From positions 15,240-79,239 of the forward strand of contig CAWBKF010000014.1 in assembly GCA_963789275.1 (NCBI GenBank): DNA of 64,000 nucleotides. The letters run 5' to 3'. The stretch comes from an uncultured Alphaproteobacteria bacterium. GTDB lineage: Bacteria > Pseudomonadota > Alphaproteobacteria > ATCC43930 > CGMCC-115725. The notes under the pieces were generated by a model. The model did no database searches and had not been told where the DNA came from. It saw only the letters and a program-made list of their open reading frames with translations. Shown here piece after piece: positions 50,278-59,401 of this stretch (position 1 is its first letter; every line of letters starts with the position of its first letter). A program made the position numbers and the translations under genes.

Positions 50278-51880
50278 CTAGGCTTCCGGCGGCAGCTCGA
50301 CCTTGAAGAGCTCCTTGCCGTCGATGTCGTGGAGCGAGACGGTGAGCGCCGCGGTCGCGCCGTCGATCTTCCCCAAGCCAAAATACTGGCGCCCGTCGAG
50401 GGGCGAGCGGTTCTGCTTCATGTCCTCGGGAATGCTGATAAATTTCTCCTCCGGGCCGAACGTGCGGTCGATCTCGTTGGGGCCGAAGGTGCCGGCGTTG
50501 ATGGGGCCGGCGACGAATTCCCAGAACGGGCTGAACTCGGTGAATTGCGCCGCTTCGGGGCTGTAGCGGTAGGCCGCGGCGTAATGCACGTCGGCAGTGA
50601 CCCAGACGACATTCTTGATGGCGTTGTTTTTGATGAAGGCGAAGAGGCTGGCGAGCTCAAGCTCGCGGCCCGAGGGCGCGCCATTGTCGCCATTGGCCCA
50701 GGCCTCGAAGGTGCCTTTGGGCACGTCGGGGTTGAGGTCGGGGACGACGAGGCTGATCGGCATGTCGCTGGCGACGAGCTTCCAGGTCGCCTTGGAGGCA
50801 AGGAGGCGCTGCTTCAGCCAGACGAGCTGGGCCGCGCCGATGAAGGCGCTGTCGGCGTCGAGCACGCTCTGGCGGTTCGGCGAGTTGGCGCCGCGATAGC
50901 TGCGCTCGTCGAGCATGAAGACGTCGAGCGCGGGACCGAAGGCGAAGCTGCGGTAGACCCGCTCGGGATCGTCGGCGTCGAAGCGCATCGGGTTGTATTC
51001 GAAGAGCGCGCGCTTGGCATAGGCGGCGAGCAGCGAAGCGCTGCGCTGCCGGTCATAGCGCTCGTCGCCGAGGATCTGGCCGGGATACCAGTTGTTGCGC
51101 ACCTCGTGATCGTCCCATTGCACCAGGAACGGCACTTCGGCGGCGAAGCGGCGCTTGTTGTCGTCGAGGAAGTTGTAGGCGAAATTGCCGCGGTAATCGT
51201 CGAGGCTCTGCGCCACCCGCGCCTTCTCCGGCGCGGTCAGGTTCTTCCAGACGCGGCCGTCATCGGTCGTGACCTCGGCGGCGATGGGGCTGTCGGCATA
51301 GATCTGGTCGCCGGAATGGATGAAGAAATCGGGATTGGCGCGGCGCATCGATTCATAGATGCGGTAGCCGCCGATCTCGGGGTTGATGCCCCAGCCCTGC
51401 CCAGCCCTCGTCGCCGGAAAACGCGAAGGTGATGCTCTGCTGCGTCAGCGGCGCGGTGCGCAGCCGGCCGGTCGCCGGCGCGCTCAGGGTCTTGAGATCG
51501 CCGAGATCCTGGAAGACGACACGGTAGAACAGCGTCGCGCCCGGCGGCAGGCCCGAGAGATCGAGCCGCGCGGTAAAATCGCTGTCGTCGAGCGCGGCGG
51601 GGCCGGTGATGCGCCGGGCGCCGATGAAGCTCTCATTGGCGGCGACCTCCACCAGCATGCGCGCCGGGCGGTCGGCCTTGCTCCAGATCACGGCGCGGCT
51701 GTCGGTGACGTCGCCGCTCATCACGCCGCAGGGCAGCACCGGCCGCGCCCGCTCCGAGGTGATGATGGCGGGGGCGGCGGGCGTCTCGGCGAAGGCGCGC
51801 GGGATGACGAGGCTGCCGGCGGCGCCACCGAGGAAGGCGCGGCGGCCGAGCCGCCGGCGCGGGGCGAGGATACGGGGCAT
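50278..51880 (-). pseudogene. phoD: alkaline phosphatase D with TAT signal, frame disruption near 51390-51410
   Basis: MPRILAPRRRLGRRAFLGGAAGSLV (twin-arginine) ...ITFAFSGDEGWAG in track ORF 51353..51880. GQGWGINPEIGGYRIYESMRRANPDFFIHSGDQIYAD... follows in the frame of 50278..51348. Confidence 0.85.
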
Positions 51881-51943
51881 CGCGACCTCCTGCGGCGGGA
51901 CTCTTCATCCGGCGCCGCCGCTTCCTTCTCTAACCTGCGACCG

Positions 51944-51971
51944 CGTCACGATGATGACAAGGGGATGACGG
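51944..51971 (-). promoter_or_regulatory. putative Pho box upstream of phoD
   Basis: The minus strand reads CCGTCAT-CCCC-TTGTCAT-CATC-GTGACGC, that is 7-bp direct repeats at 11-bp spacing resembling CTGTCAT-N4-CTGTCAT, about 65 nt upstream of the ATG. A further TTGTCAT lies at 52012-52018. Confidence 0.45.
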
Positions 51972-52023
51972 CGCGGTGGCGGGGGGTAACGCCATGGCGC
52001 AGCGCTGCGACATGACAATCTTG

Positions 52024-52199
52024 CCCCTCCCCCCTTGAGGGGGAGGGTGCCCGAGGCTGAAAGCCTCGGGCAGGTGGGGGGTGCGTGCGACGTGCATTGC
52101 AATAGAATCCCACGGCGCGGAGCGTGCGCTCACCCCCCTCCCGTCAGCGCCCGCTCGCGCGGGCGCTGCCGACCTCCCCCTCAAGGGGGGAGGGGCAGG
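52024..52199. mobile_element. gene-less miniature (MITE-like) derivative of the DUF559 cassette
   Basis: The two terminal repeats (52024-52082 and 52131-52199) are in inverted orientation and separated by only ~48 bp. That spacer still matches the leader (cgcacgctccgcgcc-g/a-tg) and the tail (attct..tg..gc.cgc) of the full cassette, in reverse orientation. Confidence 0.6.
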
Positions 52200-52233
52200 A
52201 TAGCGGGCGCATGCGTTGGAGCGGCGAGCGGGA

Positions 52234-53212
52234 TCAGGAGGCGGAGCGCGTGTCGGTCCAGGAGCCGAGCGCGGACAGGAAGGGCGAGTACTCGCGCAGG
52301 CGCCAGCGCAGCGGGCAGGGCGTGGTCGGCGGTGACGCGCTCCGACACGTGGAAGCGCAGCAGGCGCTGGGCGCCGACAAAGCGCGCAACTTCCGGGCCG
52401 TCCCAGAGGATCTCGGCGGTGGCGGCGATCTGCACGAGTGCCGCCGGTGGCGAAATCGATGAAGATCAGGCCGCAGCGCGGGTTGAGCAGCGAGATTGCC
52501 GAGCGTGTTGTAATAGGAATTGCCGGTGAAATCCGGCACGGTGAGCGTGTGCTCGTCATCGATGCGCACGAAGCCCGGCGGGCCGCCGCGATGGGAGGCG
52601 TCGACGCCGTGGCTCGGCGCGCCCTGCACGCTGCCGAGCGCACTGGCGATGAAGAAAGTGTCGGCGGCGGCGACGAGCGCGCGCTCGGCGGCGCCGAGCC
52701 AGCGCCCGCGCCGCACCGCGCCGGGCGCCGGCGCGTCGGCACCGGCTGACGCTCCAGTCGCGCGCCTGGATGTATTTCGGGCAATTGCCGAAGGACTGGA
52801 TGACGGCGATGTCGAAGCCGGCGGGACCCGGCGCGCGCACGAGGCCATTAGCGCGGTTGCGCCGGCGGGTCGCGAAATCGATGCCGAGCGCGCCGATATC
52901 GCCGCCGTCGCGCAGGAAGGCGCCCAGCGGCGGCGGCGCGGCGACGCGCAGCGTGCGCTCGTCGGGGGTCGAGAGAAAGCCCGGCGCGCCGGCGGCGATC
53001 GACGCCCAGGGCTGGCCGTCATCATCGACCGTGCCGAGCACGAGAAACGGCAGATGCGCGAAGAAGTCGCGATGCTGCTGCGGCATCGCATTGCGCAGCA
53101 CGTGGCGGCCCGCCGCCTCCATGCGCTCGCGCACGCCGAGGCGCTCTTGCACCTGCTGCTCGCCGGGATGGAAGGGCGAGCCGGGGAAGGACCAGCCGGG
53201 AAGCGGTGGCAT
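52234..53212 (-). pseudogene. pyridoxamine-5'-phosphate-oxidase-like FMN-binding protein, at least 4 frame disruptions
   Basis: AAGGAGG then MPPLPGWSFPGSPFHPGEQQVQERLGVRERMEAAGRHV... The conserved sequence then hops between three frames near 52745, 52500, 52440 and 52300 (…FIASALGSVQGAPSHGVDASHRGGPPGFVRIDDEHTLTVPDFTGNSYYNTLGNL / LLNPRCGLIFIDFATGG / LVQIAATAEILWDGPEVARF… / LRWRLREYSPF…). Confidence 0.6.
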
Positions 53213-53228
53213 GGCGAGCCTCCTTCTG

Positions 53229-53320
53229 AGCCGAGCGCTCTCGCGGTTGCATTGCGCAACCACTGTCGCCGCTACCCGGACCGAATTCCCGGGGCGGAGA
53301 GCCCGCGAGGGAATCGCCGC
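53229..53320. repeat. REP-like intergenic repeat (same family)
   Basis: ctcgcggttgcattgcgcaaccac hairpin followed by cggaccgaattcccgg, compare ccgcggacgaactccc in the other copies. Confidence 0.45.
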
Positions 53321-53323
53321 GAG

Positions 53324-53936
53324 CTATTTAATCAAACCCTCGGCCTTCAGCGCCTCTTGCACCTTGGGACGCGATCCGACGCGGGCGATGTAGGCGGTGA
53401 CATTGGGATAGCCGGAGAGATCGATGTCCTTGAACTTGGTCCAGTTGAGGATGGTGAAGCAATAGGCGTCGGCGACGGTGAAGGTGTCGCCCATGAGGTA
53501 CTGCTTGCCGGCGAGCTTCTTGTCGAGAAAAGTGAATTTGCCGGCGAGGTTCTCCTTGGTGATCTTGACGTACTCATCGGGCGTGGTGGCGCGGAACAGC
53601 GGCGCGAACACCTTATGCAGATCCGAGGTGACGAAGTTCAGCCATTCCTGCAGATGGTAGCGCGCCATGGTGCCGTTGGCCGGCGCGAGCCCGCTTCGCC
53701 GGCTTCTGGTCGGCAAGGTACTGCACGATGGCCGGGCCCTCGGTCAGCACCTCGCCGCTGTCGAGCTGCAAGGTCGGCACCTGGCCCTTGGCGTTGACCG
53801 CGAAGAAATCCGCGTCGCCCGGCTTCACCTTCTTCGCCGCGAGATCGACGCGGTCGAGCTCGATGGGAATCCCCGCCTCGCGCGCGACGATATGCGGCGA
53901 GAGCGAGCAGGCGCCGGGCGAATAATAAAGCTTCAT
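53324..53936 (-). pseudogene. glutathione S-transferase (beta class-like), frame disruption at about 53690
   Basis: [32 protein letters not shown]...[28 protein letters not shown], then [28 protein letters not shown]... in track ORF 53324..53716. Deleting one A from gcgAAgcg restores the frame. Confidence 0.85.
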
Positions 53937-53960
53937 GATCTTCTCCTCATGGTGATGATG

Positions 53961-54386
53961 CTATTTGCTGTGGGCGGTGATGAAGGCGCTGACATCGGCG
54001 AGCGAGCGGCGCTGCAGCTGCGCCTCGAACGCCGCCTCGGCCGGGCCGATGACCGCATCGAGCGCGCCCTGGATGTGGCGGCCGACGGTGCAGCGCGGAT
54101 CGGGCTCGGCATGGACGGCGAGGCGGTGCTCGTCCTCCATGTCGACGGCGCGGTAGACCTCGAGCAGCGTGATCTTGCCCGCCGGCCGCGCGAAGTGCGC
54201 GCCGGCAACGCCGGGCGACGTGCGCACCAGCCCGGCATGGGACAGCATCGCCAGCACGCGGCGCACGAAGCTGGCATTGGTGCCGACGCTGCCGGCGATG
54301 AGCTCCGACGTGATCCGGTCGGCGCCAAGGCGGTCGATCAAGGCCAGCGCATGCACGGCAACGGAAAAGCGGGTGGCACGGCTCAT
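53961..54386 (-). CDS. Rrf2-family transcriptional regulator
   Basis: MSRATRFSVAVHALALIDRLGADRITSELIAGSVGTNASFVRRVLAMLSHAGLV. The start is taken at the internal Met of track ORF 53961..54422. Confidence 0.8.
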   Translation of the reverse strand: MSRATRFSVAVHALALIDRLGADRITSELIAGSVGTNASFVRRVLAMLSHAGLVRTSPGVAGAHFARPAGKITLLEVYRAVDMEDEHRLAVHAEPDPRCTVGRHIQGALDAVIGPAEAAFEAQLQRRSLADVSAFITAHSK

Positions 54387-54431
54387 AGCTGTACCTGTAT
54401 CAGACGCAGGTTCAGGGGTCAAGAGAGAAGA

Positions 54432-54646
54432 AGCTGTCAGCTGTCAGCTATCAGCTGTCAGCCGCGGCAGAGCGGTTTCGAGCAGATCGAATCACCATCC
54501 ACGCTTTCCCCGCGAAAAGCGGGGACCCAGGGCGACCGACGTGCGGTTGCTCCTGGGCCCCCGCCTTCGCGGGGGCGACGATAATGTTTCGGTATTCGCC
54601 GACCTCTAGCTGACAGCTGACAGCTGACAGCTGATAGCTGATAGCT
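54432..54646. repeat. composite element E1: inverted heptamer arrays (AGCTGTC x4.5 / CAGCTGA-TAGCTGA x5.7) flanking a three-hairpin core
   Basis: Arrays at 54432-54463 and 54607-54646 are reverse complements of each other. The core contains ccccgc-gaaaa-gcgggg, cccagg...cctggg and cccccgc-cttc-gcggggg. The core recurs inverted at 57451-57569. Confidence 0.8.
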
Positions 54647-54649
54647 CTC

Positions 54650-55657
54650 TTACGCCTCACTCTTGAACGGCCGGGCCAACAGGCCGGCGATGGCTTGGTC
54701 GATGGCGGCGCCGTGGTGGAGGATGGCGTCGATGGCGGCGGTGATCGGCATGTCGATGCCGAGGCGCAAGGCGAGCGCGGCGGCGGCCGCCGCCGAGGTC
54801 ACGCCTTCGGCGACCGAGCGGCGCTCGGCGAGGATGTCGGCGAGCGCCCTGCCCTCGCCCAAAGCCACGCCCAGCGACTGGTTGCGCGATTGCGGGCCGG
54901 TGCAGGTGAGGACGAGGTCGCCGAGACCGCAGAGCCCCATCAAAGTCTCGGGCCGGCCGCCCTTGGCGCGGGCAAGCCGCACCATCTCGGCAAGCCCGCG
55001 GGTGATCAGCGCGGCGCGCGCATTGTCGCCGAGGCCGCGACCCCGGACGATGCCGCAGGCGATCGCCAGCACGTTCTTGACGGCGCCGCCGATCTGCGCG
55101 CCGATGAGATCGTCGGCGAGATAGGGGCGGAAGCTGCGCGTGCCGAGTGCCACGATGAGGCGCTCGCCGAGCGCGCGATCGCCACTGGCCAGCGTCACCG
55201 CGGTGGGGAGCCCGCGCGCCACCTCGCCGGCAAAGGTCGGGCCCGACAGCACCGCCAGCGGCGCCGCGGGCAGCATTTCGGCCACCACTTCGGTCATCAG
55301 CGCGCCGCTGCCTTCCTCGATGCCCTTGACGCAGATCACCAGCGGCAGCCCCGCCGGCAGATGGCGCGCCAGCACCGTGGCGAGCGCCCGCAGATGCTGC
55401 GCCGGGGCCACCAGCAGCAGCGCGTCGACGCCGCGCGCGGCCTCGCCGAGCTCGGTGGTCGCGACAATGCCGGGATCGAGCGTCACGCCGGGCAGGAAGA
55501 GCGGGTTGACGTGGTCGCGGTTGATCGCCGCCACCACCTCGGCCTCGCGCGCCCAGAGCACCACCTCGCGCCCGGCACGGCGCAAGGTGAGCGCCAGCGC
55601 GCTGCCCCAGGCGCCGCCGCCGATGATGCCGATGCGATGGAAGAAGTCGTCAGTCAT
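54650..55657 (-). CDS. gpsA: NAD(P)H-dependent glycerol-3-phosphate dehydrogenase
   Basis: [29 protein letters not shown]...KGIE...GALKNV-type motifs. 335 aa. Confidence 0.9.
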   Translation of the reverse strand: MTDDFFHRIGIIGGGAWGSALALTLRRAGREVVLWAREAEVVAAINRDHVNPLFLPGVTLDPGIVATTELGEAARGVDALLLVAPAQHLRALATVLARHLPAGLPLVICVKGIEEGSGALMTEVVAEMLPAAPLAVLSGPTFAGEVARGLPTAVTLASGDRALGERLIVALGTRSFRPYLADDLIGAQIGGAVKNVLAIACGIVRGRGLGDNARAALITRGLAEMVRLARAKGGRPETLMGLCGLGDLVLTCTGPQSRNQSLGVALGEGRALADILAERRSVAEGVTSAAAAAALALRLGIDMPITAAIDAILHHGAAIDQAIAGLLARPFKSEA

Positions 55658-55707
55658 CAGTTGTCAGTCGTCAGTTACTGACAACTGATAACTGATAACT
55701 GACGACT
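55647..55707. repeat. head-to-head heptamer arrays forming an imperfect 28-nt-arm palindrome over the gpsA start
   Basis: gtcgtca gtcatca gttgtca gtcgtca gtta ctgacaa ctgataa ctgataa ctgacga c. The arms differ at 3 positions. The gpsA ATG (55657-55655) lies inside the left arm. Confidence 0.75.
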
Positions 55708-55710
55708 TAT

Positions 55711-56241
55711 CTACTTTACCAGCTCGGCGCCGGCGTGGCAGCTGGCGCCGTCCTGGCTGCCGGTGCCGCCGCTGCAGCCGATGGCGCCGATGATCTTGCC
55801 GCCCTGCACCAGCGGGAAGCCGCCTTCCGAGGCGATGACGCCGTCGAGCGACAGCAGATAGGGATGGCCGCCATCGACCGCCTTCTCGAAGATCTTGGTT
55901 TCGCGGCGGAAAGTCGCCGCCGCGCGCGCCTTGTGCTGGGCGATGGCGATGGAGGCGTTCTGCGCCCCGTCCATCTTCTCGAAATAGATCAGCTCGCCCG
56001 CCGGACCCACGACGGCGATGTTCATCTTCCAATTATGCTTCTTGGCCTCGGCCTCGACCGCGGCGGCGAGGCGCTTGGCGTGATCGACGGTGATCGGCAT
56101 GCCGTAGGGAATGTCGAACGGCATCTGCTCCGGCACCTCGGATGCCGGCGCCGGCGCCGCCGGCTGTTGCGCCAGCGCGCCGCCGGAAATGCCGGCAAGG
56201 CAGGCGAGCGCGGTCACCAGGCCAAATCTGTCTCTACGCAT
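55711..56241 (-). CDS. GlcG/HbpS-like (DUF336) haem-binding protein with signal peptide
   Basis: MRRDRFGLVTALACLAGISGGALAQ then ...NIAVVGPAGELIYFEKMDGAQNASIAIAQHKARAAA...GGFPLVQGGKIIGAIGCSGGTGSQD. Confidence 0.8.
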   Translation of the reverse strand: MRRDRFGLVTALACLAGISGGALAQQPAAPAPASEVPEQMPFDIPYGMPITVDHAKRLAAAVEAEAKKHNWKMNIAVVGPAGELIYFEKMDGAQNASIAIAQHKARAAATFRRETKIFEKAVDGGHPYLLSLDGVIASEGGFPLVQGGKIIGAIGCSGGTGSQDGASCHAGAELVK

Positions 56242-56312
56242 GTTTCCTCCCCCGTTCGGTCGTTGCGATTGCCGGCGATCCTAGCTTCGACCGCCGCTGA
56301 ATGCCACCGCAC

Positions 56313-57380
56313 TCACGCCTTGACGCCGGCGCCGCGGGCGGGCGCGGCGTCGGGGTCGAGCGGCCAGCGCGGGCGCGGCGCGAAATCGAGACCGTCGACG
56401 AGGCCGAGGCGCAGGCGCTCCAATCCCGCCCAGGCGATCATCGCGCCATTGTCGGTGCAGAGCGCAGGCGACGGCGCGACGAAGGCCAGGCCGTGCGCGC
56501 CGGCGAGCGCGGCAAGCCGCCAGCGCAGCGGCGCATTGGCGGCGACGCCGCCGGCGACGACGAGGCACTTCCCCGCGGGCCAGCCGGCGCGGAAGAGGGC
56601 GATGGCATGCGCGGTGCGGTCGATGAGGCAGTCGCCGATCGCCGCCTGGAGCGCTGCCGAGAGGTCGTCAGCATCGCCTTGCGCGAGCGCGCCCGTTTCA
56701 TCGGCGAGCGCCTCCGCCTGCCGGCGCAGCGCCGTCTTGAGGCCGGAGAAGGAGAAGTCGCAGCCCGGCCGTCCCAGCAGCGGGCGCGGCAGGGGAAAGC
56801 GCGCGGCATCGCCGGTGCGGGCCGCGCGCTCGATCGCGGGGCCGCCGGGATAGCCCAGCCCCAGCAGCTTCGCGCCCTTGTCGAAGGCCTCGCCGGCGGC
56901 ATCGTCGATGGTGGTGCCGAGCCGGCGGTAGCGGCCGACCCCCTCGACCACGAGGAGCTGGCAATGGCCGCCCGAGACCAGCAGCAGCAGGTAGGGAAAA
57001 TCGCCATCCGCCTCGAGCCGCACGGAGAGCGCATGGCCTTCGAGATGGTTGACCGCGATGAAGGGGATGCCGCGGGCGAGCGCGATCGCCTTCGCCTCCA
57101 TGACGCCGACGAAGACGCCGCCGATGAGCCCCGGCCCGGCCGTGGCGGCGACGGCGGCGAGATCGCGCATGCCGATGCCGGCATCGGCAAGCGCGCGGGC
57201 GATGACGCCGTCGAGATGGTCGAGATGGGCGCGCGCCGCGACTTCCGGCACGACGCCGCCATAAGGGCGATGCTCGGCAAGCTGCGACAGCACGACATTG
57301 GCGCGGATGCGCTCGCCGGCATCGCTCACCACCGCCGCCGCCGTCTCGTCGCAGCTCGTTTCGATGCCGAGGAGGAGCAT
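56313..57380 (-). CDS. tsaD: tRNA N6-adenosine threonylcarbamoyltransferase
   Basis: [18 protein letters not shown]...[13 protein letters not shown]...VNHLEGHAL...LLVSGGH. Confidence 0.95.
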   Translation of the reverse strand: MLLLGIETSCDETAAAVVSDAGERIRANVVLSQLAEHRPYGGVVPEVAARAHLDHLDGVIARALADAGIGMRDLAAVAATAGPGLIGGVFVGVMEAKAIALARGIPFIAVNHLEGHALSVRLEADGDFPYLLLLVSGGHCQLLVVEGVGRYRRLGTTIDDAAGEAFDKGAKLLGLGYPGGPAIERAARTGDAARFPLPRPLLGRPGCDFSFSGLKTALRRQAEALADETGALAQGDADDLSAALQAAIGDCLIDRTAHAIALFRAGWPAGKCLVVAGGVAANAPLRWRLAALAGAHGLAFVAPSPALCTDNGAMIAWAGLERLRLGLVDGLDFAPRPRWPLDPDAAPARGAGVKA

Positions 57381-57406
57381 GGGGGAGGGTAGCGGAGTGA
57401 GCTCTA

Positions 57407-57686
57407 AGCTGTCAGCATCGATCAGCTGTCAGCTATCAGCTGTCAGCTAGAGGGGGGGGCGAAGACGGAACCATCACTGTCGCCGCCGCGAAAGCGGGGG
57501 CCTAGAAGCAACCGCACGTCGGTCGCCCTGGGTCCCTGCTTTCGCAGGGAAAGCGTAGATGGTCTAGCGCGGCTGATAGCTGATAGCTGATAGCTGATAG
57601 CTGATAGCTGATAGCTGATAGCTGACAGCTGATAGCTGACAGCTGATAGCTGACAGCTGATAGCTGACAGCTGATAGCTGACAGCT
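57407..57686. repeat. composite element E2: heptamer arrays (about 6 units left, about 16.7 units right) flanking the same three-hairpin core, inverted relative to E1
   Basis: Left array 57407-57450. Right array 57570-57686 is cggctga, then (tagctga)x7, then alternating cagctga/tagctga. The reverse complement of the core aligns with the 54463-54606 core by eye. It occupies most of the tsaD-hemC divergent intergenic region. Confidence 0.85.
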
Positions 57687-57728
57687 TCTTCCCCTTCCCT
57701 CGCCGCCTGCAACGGCCTAAAGACCGGC

Positions 57729-58667
57729 ATGGCGGCTTCTCTTCTGCGCATCGGCACTCGCGGCAGCCCGCTGGCGCTGGCCCAGGCGGCGGAGCTGGCG
57801 AGGCGGCTGGCGGAGGCAGGCCGGAACTGGCGGCGCCGGGGGCGATCGAGACGGTGGTGATCAGGACCAGCGGCGATGCGGCGACGCGACGCCTTGCCGA
57901 TATCGGCGGCAAGGGCCTCTTCACCAAGGAGATCGAAGAGGCGCTGCTGGCCGGGCGGATCGATCTCGCCGTCCATTCGCTGAAGGATCTGCCGACCTTC
58001 CTGCCCGAGGGGCTGGCGCTCGGCGCGCATTTGAAGCGCGAGGACCCGCGCGACGCCTGGTTCTCGCCGAAGGCCGAGCGACCGAGCGCGCTGCGGGCCG
58101 GCGCGCGCATCGGCACTTCCTCGCCGCGGCGCGAGGCGCAGCTGCGCCATGCGCGACCCGATGTCGCGATCGTGCCGCTGCACGGCAATGTCGAGACCAG
58201 GCTCAGGAAGCTCCAAGCGGGCGAGGTCGACGCGACCTTGCTGGCGGTGGCTGGGGTCAAGCGCCTCGGCCTCGCGCGGCACATCACCGCCATCCTCTCG
58301 CCCGACGAGATGCTGCCGGCGGCGGCGCAAGGCGCGATCGGCGTCGAGATCCGCGCCGATGATGCCGCGTCGCAGGCGCTCGCCGCGGCGATCGACGATG
58401 CCGAGACCGCTGCGCGGGTGACGGCGGAGCGCGCGGTGCTGGCGGCGCTGGGCGGCTCGTGCCGCACGCCGATCGCGGCGCTGGCGGAGACCGGCGCCGA
58501 CGGCACGCTGCATCTTCGCGCGATGATCATCCGACCCGATGGCAGCGAGCGCTTCGTCGCCGAGCGGCGCGGGCCGGTCGGCCGCTGCCGCCGCGCTCGG
58601 CCATGACGCCGGCGGCGAGCTGCGCCGGCGCGCCGGGCCCGGCTTCTTCGCGGAAGACCCCGCGTGA
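57729..58667 (+). pseudogene. hemC: porphobilinogen deaminase (hydroxymethylbilane synthase), two frame disruptions (about 57818 and about 58575)
   Basis: MAASLLRIGTRGSPLALAQAAELARRLAEAG (frame 0). PELAAPGAIETVVIRTSGD...HSLKD...GTSSPRR...GSCRTPIAA (track ORF 57854..58606). AAAAALGHDAGGELRRRAGPGFFAEDPA-stop (frame 0). The first switch is at ggCCgg (one C short), the second at gtcGGcc (one extra G). Confidence 0.85.
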
Positions 58668-59401
58668 AGGCGCTGGTGACGCGGCCGGAAGCGGATGCGG
58701 CGCCGCTGGCGCGCGCGCTGGCCGAGCGCGGCATCGAGACGCTGCTGGCGCCACTCATCAGCATCGAGCCGGTGCCGGACGCGGCAAAACGCCTTGCCGA
58801 TGCGATGATCGGCGCGCAGGCGCTGCTCTTCACCAGCGCCAATGGCGCGCGGATGTTCGCAAGCGCCTCGGCGCGGCGCGAGCTGCCGGTGCTCGCCGTC
58901 GGCGACGCCACGGCGGCGGCGGCGCGGCTCGCCAATTTCCGCAGCGTCGCCAGCGCCGGCGGCGATGTCGGGGATCTCGCGGCGTTGGCGGCGGCGCGGC
59001 TCGCGCCGGCGCACGGCGCGCTGGTGCATGTCGCCGGCAGCGTCACCGCCGGCGATCTCGCGGGGGCGCTCGAGGCCGAGGGCTTCCAGGTGCGGCGCGC
59101 GGTGATCTATGAGGCGCGGCCGGCGCGCGCGCTGGCGCCGGAGACCGCGGCTGCGCTTGCCTCGGGCGCGGTCGGGCTGGCGCTGTTTTTCTCTCCCCGC
59201 ACCGCCGCCCTCTTTGTTAGGCTGGCCGGCGACGCTGGGCTGGCGGAGTCCTGCCGCGCGATGACGGCGCTCGCCTTGAGCCCGGCGGTGGCGGAATCGC
59301 TGGCGGCGCTGCCATGGGCCCGCGTGCTGATCGCGGGCGCGCCGACTCAGGCGGATCTGCTGGCGGCGCTCGACGCCTATCGGAGCAAAGGAGCGGCATG
59401 A
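58664..59401 (+). CDS. hemD: uroporphyrinogen-III synthase
   Basis: GTGA overlap with the restored hemC stop. MKALVTRPEADAAPLARALAERGIETLLAPLISIEPV...FTSANGARMF... Position after hemC. Confidence 0.75.
   Translation: MKALVTRPEADAAPLARALAERGIETLLAPLISIEPVPDAAKRLADAMIGAQALLFTSANGARMFASASARRELPVLAVGDATAAAARLANFRSVASAGGDVGDLAALAAARLAPAHGALVHVAGSVTAGDLAGALEAEGFQVRRAVIYEARPARALAPETAAALASGAVGLALFFSPRTAALFVRLAGDAGLAESCRAMTALALSPAVAESLAALPWARVLIAGAPTQADLLAALDAYRSKGAA

Noticed and set aside
54432-57686. Whether the heptamer arrays, or the 573-bp array, could be CRISPR arrays.
   Set aside because: The units are contiguous 7-mers (or 573-mers) with no unique spacers of 25-40 bp, and there are no cas genes in the window.
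57443-59046. Minus-strand ORFs of 528 and 514 aa overlapping hemC/hemD, with SYQLSAIS repeats at their C-termini.
   Set aside because: They are antisense to hemC/hemD. The repeat-peptide tail is simply the heptamer microsatellite read in frame.
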